DNA from: a virus
Direction: 5' to 3' (one strand)
DNA length: 64,000 bases
Virus record (IMG/VR): IMGVR_UViG_3300027833_000001
Coordinates: 1 to 64,000 of that record
A model generated the notes under the pieces. The model saw only the letters and a list, made by a program, of their open reading frames with translations. It had not been told where the DNA came from and did no database searches. Shown here piece after piece: positions 44,310 through 54,022 of the stretch. Position 1 is the first letter of the stretch. Each line of letters begins with the position of its first letter. A program made the position numbers and the translations under genes.

Positions 44310-44591
44310 ATGACAACTCAAACTGTAACTACTAAATCTAGCCAAGTCCTTTCTGCCTTTATGGCGGGTGAAGAACTTTCAGCTGGTCAATTGAAGCAAC
44401 GCTTTCAAGTCGGCAACCCTACTGCAACTGTTTCGGCACTGCGAATGAAGGGCTATGCTATTTACCTTAACCAAGGCACCAAAGACTCTAGGGGTCGACT
44501 CGGTGTCTCTAAGTATCGATTAGGTTCGCCTAGTCGTGCTGTAATTGCGGCTGGATATCAAGCACTAGCGGCTGCGGCAAAGACTGCATAG
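44310..44591 (+). CDS. Small winged-HTH DNA-binding protein
   Basis: GEELSAGQLKQRF..NPTATVSALRMKGYAIY. Confidence 0.7.
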   Translation: MTTQTVTTKSSQVLSAFMAGEELSAGQLKQRFQVGNPTATVSALRMKGYAIYLNQGTKDSRGRLGVSKYRLGSPSRAVIAAGYQALAAAAKTA

Positions 44592-44618
44592 TCTAGCCAT
44601 TATCCAACTTACAGCACT

Positions 44619-44648
44619 AAAGAGGGAGCTTAACGGCTCCCTTTTTTT
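44619..44648. terminator. Intrinsic terminator between convergent genes, likely bidirectional
   Basis: AGGGAGC-TTAACG-GCTCCCT followed by a T run and preceded by an A run. Confidence 0.85.
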
Positions 44649-45477
44649 ATGCAGTTTTGTAATGACTGTCTGGTAATTTTATCTGGTGTTCCATTACTAC
44701 AGCACTACCCTTTATAACAGGTCCTATATTATAAGGTGACTTCTTTACTGATTTGAATGTCATTGACATTGTTATCTGATACCCCTGGCTACCAGTAGGC
44801 TTCTTATTACGCTCTTCCAGTAAGAGAGCCTTAGAAACACCCTTAGACTGTATTCTGATTCTCAATACACATTTATGTGAACGACTCCACAAAGGAACTT
44901 TAGGTGCAGTACATTGCATCTTTGCTGGATCTTTACCTCCCAGTAAAAAGAATCCATGAGTTCCTACATTAATGTAGTACGTGTCTTTTAGGTTATAATA
45001 TTTTTCAATTGAGGTATCTGGTAAATCAAATAATATGTCCTTGCTATTTTCCAAGTCTTGTTTATATCGTTCTTCTACATTTGGTCGACCAGCTTTTTCC
45101 CATCGTTGGAGCCATTTAGCATCTCTGTCTTCTGCAATCCAAAGTCTCTTTTGACCCTGTAGCCATTTTCTCTTTATTGCAGTGAGTACTCCATTCTTTT
45201 CTCCAAGACTTTTCATAAATTCTTTTTCTTTAGAACCGCCAGTATCACCAATTCTAACATCATTCTTGGAGTTGTTATACTTTATCACAAGAGAGCCAGC
45301 ATCTGCTAGGTCTTTCTTTAGTTCGCATCCGTAGTCTACTCCATTTATGGTCAAGTCTAAGTCTGGTCTATCACTTGATGCACCAGCTGGAATATAGTTT
45401 TTCTTTACAAGCCCAAACTTTACCTTCTTGAGGGCATTTGCTACGTTAGCCTCATATAGAAATCCTTCTTGTGCCAT
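44647..45477 (-). CDS. PD-(D/E)xK nuclease-like protein
   Basis: YEANV..PDLDL..CELK motif order. Confidence 0.65.
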   Translation of the reverse strand: MAQEGFLYEANVANALKKVKFGLVKKNYIPAGASSDRPDLDLTINGVDYGCELKKDLADAGSLVIKYNNSKNDVRIGDTGGSKEKEFMKSLGEKNGVLTAIKRKWLQGQKRLWIAEDRDAKWLQRWEKAGRPNVEERYKQDLENSKDILFDLPDTSIEKYYNLKDTYYINVGTHGFFLLGGKDPAKMQCTAPKVPLWSRSHKCVLRIRIQSKGVSKALLLEERNKKPTGSQGYQITMSMTFKSVKKSPYNIGPVIKGSAVVMEHQIKLPDSHYKTA

Positions 45478-45623
45478 TATTTTCCTTGACCTCTGTATTT
45501 TTTATAGGATCTCTTTTTGGATTTATTCATGGAACTCATCTTCAAAGTTCCTCTACCAATACTAGTTCCTTTAATTGTAGGCTCTATTGTTACTTGCGCC
45601 CCGATGCCTCTTTGCTTTGCCAT
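45477..45623 (-). CDS. 48 aa basic conserved phage protein (not in ORF track)
   Basis: Hand translation MAKQRGIGAQVTIEPTIKGTSIGRGTLKMSSMNKSKKRSYKKYRGQGK; TAATG coupling to the next gene. Confidence 0.7.
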   Translation of the reverse strand: MAKQRGIGAQVTIEPTIKGTSIGRGTLKMSSMNKSKKRSYKKYRGQGK

Positions 45624-45624
45624 A

Positions 45625-46098
45625 TTACTGTCCTGCCAATGGGTTCTCTAATGCTAACTGAATTTGATCTGCAATAGACTTTCGGATATCAATCAACTCT
45701 TTACCGGTGTCTCTTTCAAGTTCATATAGTCTTTTGTCAGAACTTCTAAGATCCACAGAAAATCCACCTAAGTCTCCGTCGATTCTATTTATGCTTTCTC
45801 GCATCACGGAAAGATTAGTCTGCATTGCTTCAATCTTTGTGTCGTAAGATCCAATTATAGTATTCTGGCTTTCAACTGTTTCTTCTAGTACTGCTATTGA
45901 TTGATTTATAGCTGACAAGTCTGGTGCAACATATTCTTGGATAGTTTCTTTCATGTCCATGTAATCTTTATAGACTTCAAAACCTCCATATAACACACCA
46001 ACCGCGGACGATAGTGCAACTAGGATTCCAAATACTTTGCCTCCCTTAAATGAGATGCCACCGACCTCTATTTCCATTCCTTCTTTTTCTTTAGACAT
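45625..46098 (-). CDS. Membrane-anchored coiled-coil protein
   Basis: TM VFGILVALSSAVGVLYGGF, heptads, C-terminal ENPLA. Confidence 0.75.
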   Translation of the reverse strand: MSKEKEGMEIEVGGISFKGGKVFGILVALSSAVGVLYGGFEVYKDYMDMKETIQEYVAPDLSAINQSIAVLEETVESQNTIIGSYDTKIEAMQTNLSVMRESINRIDGDLGGFSVDLRSSDKRLYELERDTGKELIDIRKSIADQIQLALENPLAGQ

Positions 46099-48566
46099 TA
46101 ATATTGACTCCTAATTAATTGTTGTAGTGTACCGTGATTCTCTTTCGACAAATCATACATTGTTCTGTTGTTGTCTTTGAGTTGACCTCCCAGATACACT
46201 TGATCTTGTAAATAAACTTGATCGCTTGCTGTCATCGTGTTATTGTAGTATGCACTCAAGTCTGTTCCAACCGCAATAGACTGTAACGCGACTGTTTGCC
46301 CTTGAGCGGCAATGTTTGACTTCTCTTCTCTTGCTTTCTTGTTGGCATCTGCCATCTTTTCGGCTAATGACTTTACTGGTTCTATCTCTTGCATAATCAT
46401 ATCTGTTACTGGCTCTATAATAGAGAATCCAATAGGCGCTGAATCGCCCAATGCGACATTTTGCCCTATCTGTTCTATATTCATTGCGAACTGAGTGTTG
46501 GAAGACCCTGTACCATCGTCACCTCCGCTCTCTCCAGACATTTGTGTGAATAACTGAGTATCACTACCAAATATTGCGCTTGAATTCAACTCAACACCAA
46601 TTTGACCGCCGTTATTACCGGTATTGAACTGTTGCGAACCGTTATCAGAGCCGTCAGCGTACTGATTTGAGCCGTTATTTTGTGATCCTGCCGATCCATC
46701 GCTATTTTGTTGTTGATTTTGATTTGATTGACCGGAATTTTGATTCATATCTTGTACATTTCCGTTATTTTGACTATTATTAGAAACATTTCCGTTGCTT
46801 TGACTATTATTAGAAACATTTCCGTTGCCATTGTTGTTTTTACCCGCACTATTGCTAGAATTTGTCTCTATACTTGAAATTAATTTACTTGTTGTTGATA
46901 ATGAGAGTGATAAAGCTAACTTGTTGCCACCTTTTTTGCTTGGACTGCTTGGCTTTGATAATTCTTCCAGTGATCCCGGCTCTTCAAGTACTTCTTCCTC
47001 TGCTTCTTCTTCTCTGATATCTCTTTCCGCTCTAGATTCGTCAGGACGATCTTCTTCCAAGTCTGCAATGTCTTCAATTTCCTCAAATAGTTCTTCTTGT
47101 GGTTCTTCAAAACTTCTTTCAAAGTCTTGGATGTCTTCAAACTGTTCTTCAAAGAATGGTTCTTCCCTAGGCATAGGAAAATTTTCTGGTCTTTCTTGAT
47201 GTTCATGTGGAGCCAATCCTGGTAAATCTTCAGGTCGTTCTATCATTACCAGTTCGAAGGCTCCAGCTTCTTGAAATTCTTCTCCGGGTATGAACTCTTC
47301 GCTAATAGGGGGTGCGGGATAAAATGTCCCTTCTTCTGGAATGTCAAATCCGCCTTGAAAATCTTCTTGGTGTCCATCTGGTACGGACCCAAACGTGAAA
47401 AGAGATCCATCTGCATCTTCTCTAGGCATATCCCCTGTCTCATTGCTAAATCCATAAAATTCCTCCTCTGACACTCCGAAACTATCTTCAAATGATTGTC
47501 CGTCATCTTGACCACCATTATTGGATCCATCGAAAGGGTCATTATTAAAGTTGGGTTGTCCGTCATCTTGTCCGTCATCAGGTCCAAAAGCAAAATTGTC
47601 ATCTTCCCAGTAATCTTCAAAGTCATCCATCATATAGCCAGGACAGAACTGGTCAGATTGTGGATCGTTATTACATTCGTTTTCGTATACTGCTTCATCA
47701 TAGAACTCGCACTCTGAGTTTGATGTTTGATCATCATTACATTGTTGTGCAAATACGGCAGCCGCATATCCAGGACAAGTAGAATCATTCAATGCGTTAG
47801 AACAATCAACACTTGCTACTGAAGAGTAACCACCGTCTGTACCATACCATGCTCTACCACCCGGTACTGTCTCTGAATGAAAGTCTATATTAAATTCTGT
47901 AAAATTGCTATCTGCAAATTGTAGCTGATTCAACTCCGACTCGTTATCCTCATTTGCTGTTAAGTCACCAGTAAATCCAATAAACACATCGTGGTTTGTT
48001 ATATCAACTTCATCATATACAAAATCAAACGAATTGTCGGTATGTATATTGACTTGGAATGTGTTCTTGTTGTTATTATAGTATTCATTTACATTGTACC
48101 ACAGAAATGACGAACCTGAATTACTGGTTTCATAAAAGAATCCACTATTAGCACCATTAGTCTTGTCTATTATGTCAGTCCATAAAGGAGCTATCATATA
48201 ACTGTAGGGAGTTATATTACCACCCGCTGATTCTAATGCTTTAAGATTAAGTCCATCACAACACAAACTTCGGTTAAAGTTATTGATCGAGGCATTTCCT
48301 AATCTGCTATTACCAATTCCAGATGATGAATCATAGAACATAAGAAAACCATTAGTTGACATCCATGCATCATTAAATGTGCCACCATAGTATGTGAATG
48401 AATGTCCTAAAGATATCTTCATAATAGAGTCATCAAAATTTTGTCCATCCATAACTTGCGTCATACCAGAAGGGCTTAATAGGTCTGGAGACGCATGAGT
48501 ATTATTGCCAAATGTGCCTACCAAAAGATAGGCTAGAAAAAATAACCCTGCAAACCAATTACGCAT
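46098..48566 (-). CDS. Large exported protein: NIDO-like domain, Cys repeats, acidic and Asn/Gln-rich regions
   Basis: Signal peptide; FTYYG..STNGFL..IAPLWTD..NTFQ; three C-x8/9-C repeats ending CPGY/CEFY. Confidence 0.65.
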   Translation of the reverse strand: MRNWFAGLFFLAYLLVGTFGNNTHASPDLLSPSGMTQVMDGQNFDDSIMKISLGHSFTYYGGTFNDAWMSTNGFLMFYDSSSGIGNSRLGNASINNFNRSLCCDGLNLKALESAGGNITPYSYMIAPLWTDIIDKTNGANSGFFYETSNSGSSFLWYNVNEYYNNNKNTFQVNIHTDNSFDFVYDEVDITNHDVFIGFTGDLTANEDNESELNQLQFADSNFTEFNIDFHSETVPGGRAWYGTDGGYSSVASVDCSNALNDSTCPGYAAAVFAQQCNDDQTSNSECEFYDEAVYENECNNDPQSDQFCPGYMMDDFEDYWEDDNFAFGPDDGQDDGQPNFNNDPFDGSNNGGQDDGQSFEDSFGVSEEEFYGFSNETGDMPREDADGSLFTFGSVPDGHQEDFQGGFDIPEEGTFYPAPPISEEFIPGEEFQEAGAFELVMIERPEDLPGLAPHEHQERPENFPMPREEPFFEEQFEDIQDFERSFEEPQEELFEEIEDIADLEEDRPDESRAERDIREEEAEEEVLEEPGSLEELSKPSSPSKKGGNKLALSLSLSTTSKLISSIETNSSNSAGKNNNGNGNVSNNSQSNGNVSNNSQNNGNVQDMNQNSGQSNQNQQQNSDGSAGSQNNGSNQYADGSDNGSQQFNTGNNGGQIGVELNSSAIFGSDTQLFTQMSGESGGDDGTGSSNTQFAMNIEQIGQNVALGDSAPIGFSIIEPVTDMIMQEIEPVKSLAEKMADANKKAREEKSNIAAQGQTVALQSIAVGTDLSAYYNNTMTASDQVYLQDQVYLGGQLKDNNRTMYDLSKENHGTLQQLIRSQY
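46756..46828. repeat. 30-bp coding tandem repeat (about 2.4 copies)
   Basis: ACATTTCCGTTRYTTTGACTATTATTAGAA at 46756, 46786 and 46816; encodes NGNVSNNSQ. Confidence 0.9.
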
Positions 48567-48568
48567 GG

Positions 48569-49708
48569 CTACTTACAGACCTGTTCTTCTGGATATGATG
48601 CACAAAATTCAGGTTTTTTCCAAACTCTATATTCCATATTTTTATTAGATTTGATTGTTGTTCCGTTTGTCTTATCGAACACTCCATCAGGCATTCTTTC
48701 TGGTGATTGTTGCCATCTTGTTAAAGCATCATCGCCAATCTCTCCTTGGAATGGGCAAGGAGTTCCTGCCATTCGCATTGCGCTCCAGACTCTTTTGTCT
48801 TGGCACATTAAAGATACTGCGGCTACTTTCATGCCCATATCATACATTGTTTTGGAAAGTTTTATTCTCTCACAATTCATATCTCTTACAGACTTACCAG
48901 CAGACACACCGAATATTTGCGTCTGCACTGCACCACTGATTCCAGTTGTACATAAGTCTTGTGAGTATGATGAGCCAATACTAGGTGCGATTGCACTAGG
49001 AGGTGGAGACTTGATAGTAGTCTCTGATTTGTTTATATTCTCGTTTCTATTTGTATTCTCGTTCTTACTGTTGATATCAGATTTACTTTCTGATTTAGAG
49101 TTGTTGTTATTGGTGTTAGTATTATCCGAAGTACTATCACTTTTAACATTCTGGTCTACAGTTGAGTTCGAATTGGAATTAGAAGTTGAGTTCGAATTTA
49201 CCGTACTGTTGTTATTGTTATTGTTGGTGCTAGTACTGTTGATAGTGCTGGCATTTGTATTGGTATTATTGTTGGTATTATTCGAGGTGCTGTTGCTAGT
49301 ATTATTATTGGTATTAGTATTTGCACTAGTACTGTTAATAACACTAGTATTATTGTTGTTATTAGTATTTGTACTTGTGGAAGTATTTACATTATTGTTG
49401 TTATTGGTGTTCGTATTTGTGGACGTGTTGTTATTGGTGTTCGTATTTGTGTTTACACCAGTATACGTAGTTGCATTAGTATTAGTATTGTTGTTTGTGG
49501 ACGTATTAGTATTGGTATTGTTATTGGTGTTCGTTCCAGTGACCGTAGACGTTGTAGCCGTCGTGTTATTGATGTTAGTGGTCGATGAACTTTCCTCACA
49601 ATACTGTGTACCTGCAGTACACGTACCTGTCTGTGCGCCAAAAGCCATTGGAATAGCAAAAGCTGTTGCGGTTGCAAAGAATACGCCTATGATAGTATTC
49701 CGCTTCAT
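48569..49708 (-). CDS. Exported Asn/Thr/Ser-rich protein with conserved Cys-containing C-terminal domain
   Basis: Signal peptide; about 190 aa N/T/S tract; PPPSAIAP..DLC..NCERIKLSK..LMCQD..GTPCP; SD AAGGAG. Confidence 0.8.
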   Translation of the reverse strand: MKRNTIIGVFFATATAFAIPMAFGAQTGTCTAGTQYCEESSSTTNINNTTATTSTVTGTNTNNNTNTNTSTNNNTNTNATTYTGVNTNTNTNNNTSTNTNTNNNNNVNTSTSTNTNNNNNTSVINSTSANTNTNNNTSNSTSNNTNNNTNTNASTINSTSTNNNNNNSTVNSNSTSNSNSNSTVDQNVKSDSTSDNTNTNNNNSKSESKSDINSKNENTNRNENINKSETTIKSPPPSAIAPSIGSSYSQDLCTTGISGAVQTQIFGVSAGKSVRDMNCERIKLSKTMYDMGMKVAAVSLMCQDKRVWSAMRMAGTPCPFQGEIGDDALTRWQQSPERMPDGVFDKTNGTTIKSNKNMEYRVWKKPEFCASYPEEQVCK

Positions 49709-49793
49709 TGTATCTCCTTAATAAGATTAGTAACAGCCGAGTGCTGTACTCTGACATGATAATCAAATCACTTATTATAAAGAGAAATTCCGC

Positions 49794-49822
49794 TTGACAT
49801 AATGAGTTCCATGGTGTATAAT
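49794..49822 (+). promoter_or_regulatory. Sigma70-type promoter
   Basis: TTGACA-17-TATAAT upstream of the desaturase operon. Confidence 0.75.
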
Positions 49823-49824
49823 GC

Positions 49825-49845
49825 TATTTATAACCGTAATAAATA
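49825..49845. promoter_or_regulatory. Back-to-back late promoters (TATAAATA on - at 49825-49832; AATAAATA on + at 49838-49845)
   Basis: Consensus matches in the divergent intergenic region. Confidence 0.7.
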
Positions 49846-49877
49846 CAAGTAGAAAGAGTAGAACTATGGTGATATAA

Positions 49878-50609
49878 ATGAGAAAAGCAGTACTTAAACA
49901 AAACAATTCCTGGGCACCCATCACATTGTTGATTAGCCAACTGATCGCTCAGGTGTCATTGATACCTATGATCATGTACGCACAGTCTTGGCAATGGATA
50001 CCATTCATCGCTGTCTATTGCGCTATGATGTTAGGTGTTACAATGGGATATCATCGATACTGGTCACACCATGCATTCAAGTGCAATAAAGTTATTGAGT
50101 ATGTTATGATGTTCTTTGCTCACGTTATGATGATCGGTCCAGCAATTACTTGGGCAGCCAATCATAGAGAACATCATAGATATGCTGATACGGAAAAAGA
50201 TCCACATTCACCTCACTATAGAGGTTGGCTTCTTGCATACTTTGGACAAGTTCTTATTAATATAAACTTCAAGTATGCCCGAGACTTATTGAAGCAGAAG
50301 TTATGTCGAGATCAGGTAAAGTATTATTGGCACGTTATAGGAGCATATGCTCTCTTGTTAGTTTTGATTGATCCGTTTGCTTTAATATATGCTTGGTTAG
50401 CACCAGCAGGTGCCGCTAAGTTGATTGGCTCTTTCGTATTTACATTTTCACATAGAGGCAAAGAAGCGCATAGTGATACTTGGTTAGGAATTATAACACT
50501 TGGTGAAGGTTTTCATAAAGCACACCATGATCACGGTAACAGACAAATTCTTTGGCATAAACTTGACCTTGGAGGACAGTTAATCAGACTTATTGATAAA
50601 ACTGCTTAA
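49878..50609 (+). CDS. Fatty acid (delta-9-type) desaturase
   Basis: His boxes HRYWSH, HREHH and GEGFHKAHH; DPHSP; TM helices. Confidence 0.92.
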   Translation: MRKAVLKQNNSWAPITLLISQLIAQVSLIPMIMYAQSWQWIPFIAVYCAMMLGVTMGYHRYWSHHAFKCNKVIEYVMMFFAHVMMIGPAITWAANHREHHRYADTEKDPHSPHYRGWLLAYFGQVLININFKYARDLLKQKLCRDQVKYYWHVIGAYALLLVLIDPFALIYAWLAPAGAAKLIGSFVFTFSHRGKEAHSDTWLGIITLGEGFHKAHHDHGNRQILWHKLDLGGQLIRLIDKTA

Positions 50610-50612
50610 ATT

Positions 50613-51311
50613 ATGAATTTTAAATATGTACCCTTTGTGGCTGATAGATTTGATTATGACTATTGTAGAAGACACCCGTATCGCAATCAATTAGAAGCAC
50701 ACCCAATCGCCAACGCAGATGATATGGCTTTACTCCATGAAAATCTTACGGACTGGGAAAAAGCTATTATCATTGCAGGAAGTTATTACTTTATTTGGGA
50801 TAGCTATGACCAGAAAAGAATAACAGAGCAATCAGACAAACTAATCAGCATTGAAGACTGTCAATTCTCTTCAGATGTCCATGCAAACTCTACCAGTCTT
50901 ATTAAAGAATATGTAGAAACATATCAAGGTACTTTTAGTTTCTTGATGGGTAACAATGACTACAGACCTAAAGCAGATAGCTACTTTAAACACGCACATC
51001 AACCTACAGAGATTGATGGCAAAACATATGAAGACACTTTCACGATTATCTATCCTATACATCTAGAAAATGACGTTATAGAAGAGTTCAAAATTTTCTA
51101 TGTGGAAGAAGAAGGAATCTACAAGCTATTAAAAGCACCATTGACTTATCCAGACGGAGATGTTAAAAGTGTAAGATTTCCTAAAAAGGGTGAAGCACTC
51201 TTGATACACTTTAATTCATGTAAGGGTATTCATTGGATAGACGGACTTACTAATAATAATTTTATGGCTCATGCATTTGATTCTGTCAATATGAGGAAAG
51301 AACTATGCTAA
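50613..51311 (+). CDS. Hypothetical protein, possible cupin/2OG-Fe(II) oxygenase fold
   Basis: FKHAH..TFTIIYP..LIHFNS..IHWI. Confidence 0.4.
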   Translation: MNFKYVPFVADRFDYDYCRRHPYRNQLEAHPIANADDMALLHENLTDWEKAIIIAGSYYFIWDSYDQKRITEQSDKLISIEDCQFSSDVHANSTSLIKEYVETYQGTFSFLMGNNDYRPKADSYFKHAHQPTEIDGKTYEDTFTIIYPIHLENDVIEEFKIFYVEEEGIYKLLKAPLTYPDGDVKSVRFPKKGEALLIHFNSCKGIHWIDGLTNNNFMAHAFDSVNMRKELC

Positions 51312-52003
51312 AGAAACGAGATTTGCCTGTTGTTGCTCCTATTCCAGGAATACGATTTAACTTGGATAAGATTAAAGAAGAACTTGCTAAGATAGAACAT
51401 CTATGGGAAGACATCTACAAAGCTAATCCCGGCATAACAAAATTACATGATCCATCTTTTGTTGATAATGCATATGCAAACTTAAAAGAGATTCCCTTGA
51501 TGGTAATGTCACCAGAGAATATGGCAAAAGCTGATGACTTTGAACTTGAAGATTTGGGTGCTACTCTTAGAGATAGAATTCGTAATAAGAAAGCGAAGGG
51601 TGATAACTTACCACCAACTGCAAATGAGATGTTGTGGGATTATCAGACTGATGCTTGTAGGGGTACTTACTTTGAAGAAGCATTAGCAGGACACTTTTCT
51701 GCACCAGTTTGTCGTGCTAGACTACACTTTCTTGCACCAGGTATGAGTTTACAACCACACATTGATTATGATCCATCTTATGGTGTTAGAATCGTCTGTC
51801 CTATATCTGGAACTGATGAATGTATCAATCAATTTTGGGTAAACGGTGAGTATCAAGAACATAATCTGCCAGCAGACGGAAGAGTTTGGTTTTTGAATAC
51901 TGGATTTAAACATGGCGTAGTAAATAATGGTACTGAGCCACGCATTGCATTATTAGCTACATTGAAGAGTCAGGAAGATATAGAATGTTTGAAATTAGTA
52001 TAG
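51305..52003 (+). CDS. Asp/Asn beta-hydroxylase-like 2OG-Fe(II) oxygenase
   Basis: LAPGMSLQPHID and WFLNTGFKHGVVNNGTEPRIAL. Confidence 0.8.
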   Translation: MLKKRDLPVVAPIPGIRFNLDKIKEELAKIEHLWEDIYKANPGITKLHDPSFVDNAYANLKEIPLMVMSPENMAKADDFELEDLGATLRDRIRNKKAKGDNLPPTANEMLWDYQTDACRGTYFEEALAGHFSAPVCRARLHFLAPGMSLQPHIDYDPSYGVRIVCPISGTDECINQFWVNGEYQEHNLPADGRVWFLNTGFKHGVVNNGTEPRIALLATLKSQEDIECLKLV

Positions 52004-52626
52004 TAGAGTATGATGGTTCTAAAATAGAAAGAGAACAGATAGAGAACTTTAGAGAGTTGTCTTTTAAAGAAGGTAATGATAGTTTAGCATATGACAAATA
52101 CGACCCAGACAAGACTGGTCAGACGTTTTTAAATTATGTTGATGGCAAGCTGGCTTCATTGAGTGTTATAGAGCCAAGTCATTACACGGGTGATCCAACT
52201 GTAGCCGCAAGAGGTTGCAGACTTCACATTGCTACTGAATTTAGACCTGCTTGGTTAGGATTGCTTCATGCACCTAAACAAATTATGTGGGCAAAAGAAA
52301 ATGGGTTTAAAGTATTCTTCTTTACGCATGATATTCGTAACAGAGCAATTAATGCAATGTATCAAAAACGAAGATTTGGTGGAGCAGTTACAGAGTTACA
52401 GAAACAGATGGAATGGATGTGGACTTCAGATTGGTATCAGGACTTGTCTCTTGATAGAAGACTATTATTTCAAGTCGATGAAAGGTCTGACTTATTACAG
52501 TATGTTTATTATTGGACATTAGAAGAAGGGTATGTCTGGAAACCACCTAGCAATGTTGTTTGGTATGACCACGATGGAAGAATAAAATCGAACGTAACAG
52601 AAAAGGAAATAATTAATGCACATTAG
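51985..52626 (+). CDS. Possible GNAT-fold acyltransferase
   Basis: DGKLASLS..RLHIATEFR..WAKENGFKVFF..N. Confidence 0.45.
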   Translation: MFEISIVEYDGSKIEREQIENFRELSFKEGNDSLAYDKYDPDKTGQTFLNYVDGKLASLSVIEPSHYTGDPTVAARGCRLHIATEFRPAWLGLLHAPKQIMWAKENGFKVFFFTHDIRNRAINAMYQKRRFGGAVTELQKQMEWMWTSDWYQDLSLDRRLLFQVDERSDLLQYVYYWTLEEGYVWKPPSNVVWYDHDGRIKSNVTEKEIINAH

Positions 52627-53227
52627 CGGTGAAGTAGTTGCCACTTGGTTTAACTTTCTTAGAGATAATCAAGATGATCCAGAAGTTTGTCGTAGATACT
52701 ACGAATGCTTTTGGGAAAGTCAATTGCAAAGTAAACAAGTAGTGTTGGACATGATTGATAGAATGGATGTGTATCAATGTTACATCTTTGGTGGATGGTA
52801 TGGGTTGCTTGCACAGATTTTACATGATTCAATCCGAAATCATCATCCTGTCGTTAGTGTTGATATAGACCCTAAGTGTGCTATTGTAATTAATAATTAT
52901 TTTAATCCTGAAGATGGTATTGTAGCACATACAGGTGATATGGCAACATATAAGTATATTATTAAGCCCGAACTTGTTATCAATTGTAGTACAGAACACG
53001 TTGATCAAAAAACATACGATGCTTGGTTTGATAGAATACCATTGAACACTGAGTACATTATTCAAGGTAATAATCTGGATATACCAGAGCATATAAGACT
53101 TGCAGATGATATTAATCATTTTAAAGATATTAATAGATGCACCAAAGTCATTGATAAGAGAGTTACTGACTGTCCTGGACCCAATGGAATCTTTCAGAGA
53201 TATACGATTAAGGGAATCAAAGTATAA
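52616..53227 (+). CDS. Class I SAM-dependent methyltransferase-like
   Basis: YIFGGWYG, SVDIDP, TGDM and VINCSTEH. Confidence 0.7.
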   Translation: MHISGEVVATWFNFLRDNQDDPEVCRRYYECFWESQLQSKQVVLDMIDRMDVYQCYIFGGWYGLLAQILHDSIRNHHPVVSVDIDPKCAIVINNYFNPEDGIVAHTGDMATYKYIIKPELVINCSTEHVDQKTYDAWFDRIPLNTEYIIQGNNLDIPEHIRLADDINHFKDINRCTKVIDKRVTDCPGPNGIFQRYTIKGIKV

Positions 53228-53230
53228 TAC

Positions 53231-54022
53231 ATGGACAAAAAAGTGATAGCAGTCCATCTAGGACTCAATAAAGAATATACTCTTAATATAGAACTCTTTG
53301 ATCACAGAGTGGCAAATCGAATATGGGAAATGATACGGGTAGCAGATGATGTAGACTTTGTTTCTCGTATGGAGTTTTATAAGTTTGGTAAAACTGAGTC
53401 ACAAGTAGAATCCGACTTATATGAAACAATAGAAGAACTAAAGCGATTAAAACCTGATACCTTTACACTAGATTATGATTTAAATAGATTACATGAAAAT
53501 TTTCCTGAGTTAGTACGCACAGAAACATCGTCATCGATAAAACACTGTTTGACAATGTTTAATTATCATCTGCATCATCTTGAAAGAATGCGTCAAGGTG
53601 GTGGAAGACAATTTTTATTCTGTAGCAACATTGAGTCAGAACCTTTACAAGATGAAGACTATGATCTTTTTACTATAGGCAATAAAGAAAACATTGCTTA
53701 TATGAACTATCCTCATGTGGGTAAGAGTGTTACAGAAATAGTACAACAAGAAGACACAGAAATTCCATCACAACATATTCTCCCTACAAGTGTAATCAAG
53801 CCAGATTTATTGTTTCACTTAGACGAAGATAGATGGATAGGGAACGAACAAACAATAGTAGAATACATAAACTCATGGCTTGTTAAGATACAACATAAGT
53901 TACCGTATCCTATTAACGATAAAAGATTGGCACTTGGACACATACCCATAGGTAAAATAATCGATCCAAATATAACTAGTATAACAGAGAATCAATACAT
54001 ACACAGCATAGAGGCTATATGA
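53231..54022 (+). CDS. Hypothetical protein
   Basis: 263 aa; LNRLHENF..NYHLHHLE..YPHVGK His motifs. Confidence 0.65.
   Translation: MDKKVIAVHLGLNKEYTLNIELFDHRVANRIWEMIRVADDVDFVSRMEFYKFGKTESQVESDLYETIEELKRLKPDTFTLDYDLNRLHENFPELVRTETSSSIKHCLTMFNYHLHHLERMRQGGGRQFLFCSNIESEPLQDEDYDLFTIGNKENIAYMNYPHVGKSVTEIVQQEDTEIPSQHILPTSVIKPDLLFHLDEDRWIGNEQTIVEYINSWLVKIQHKLPYPINDKRLALGHIPIGKIIDPNITSITENQYIHSIEAI

Noticed and set aside
48651-49721. 356 aa plus-strand Leu/Val-rich ORF
   Set aside because: Shadow of the minus-strand Asn/Thr codons; the minus gene has the SD, signal peptide, promoter and operon context.
49878-50609. Assigning a cyanobacterial host from the desaturase
   Set aside because: No photosynthesis or other cyanophage-specific genes are in the window, and desaturases are widespread; host left open.
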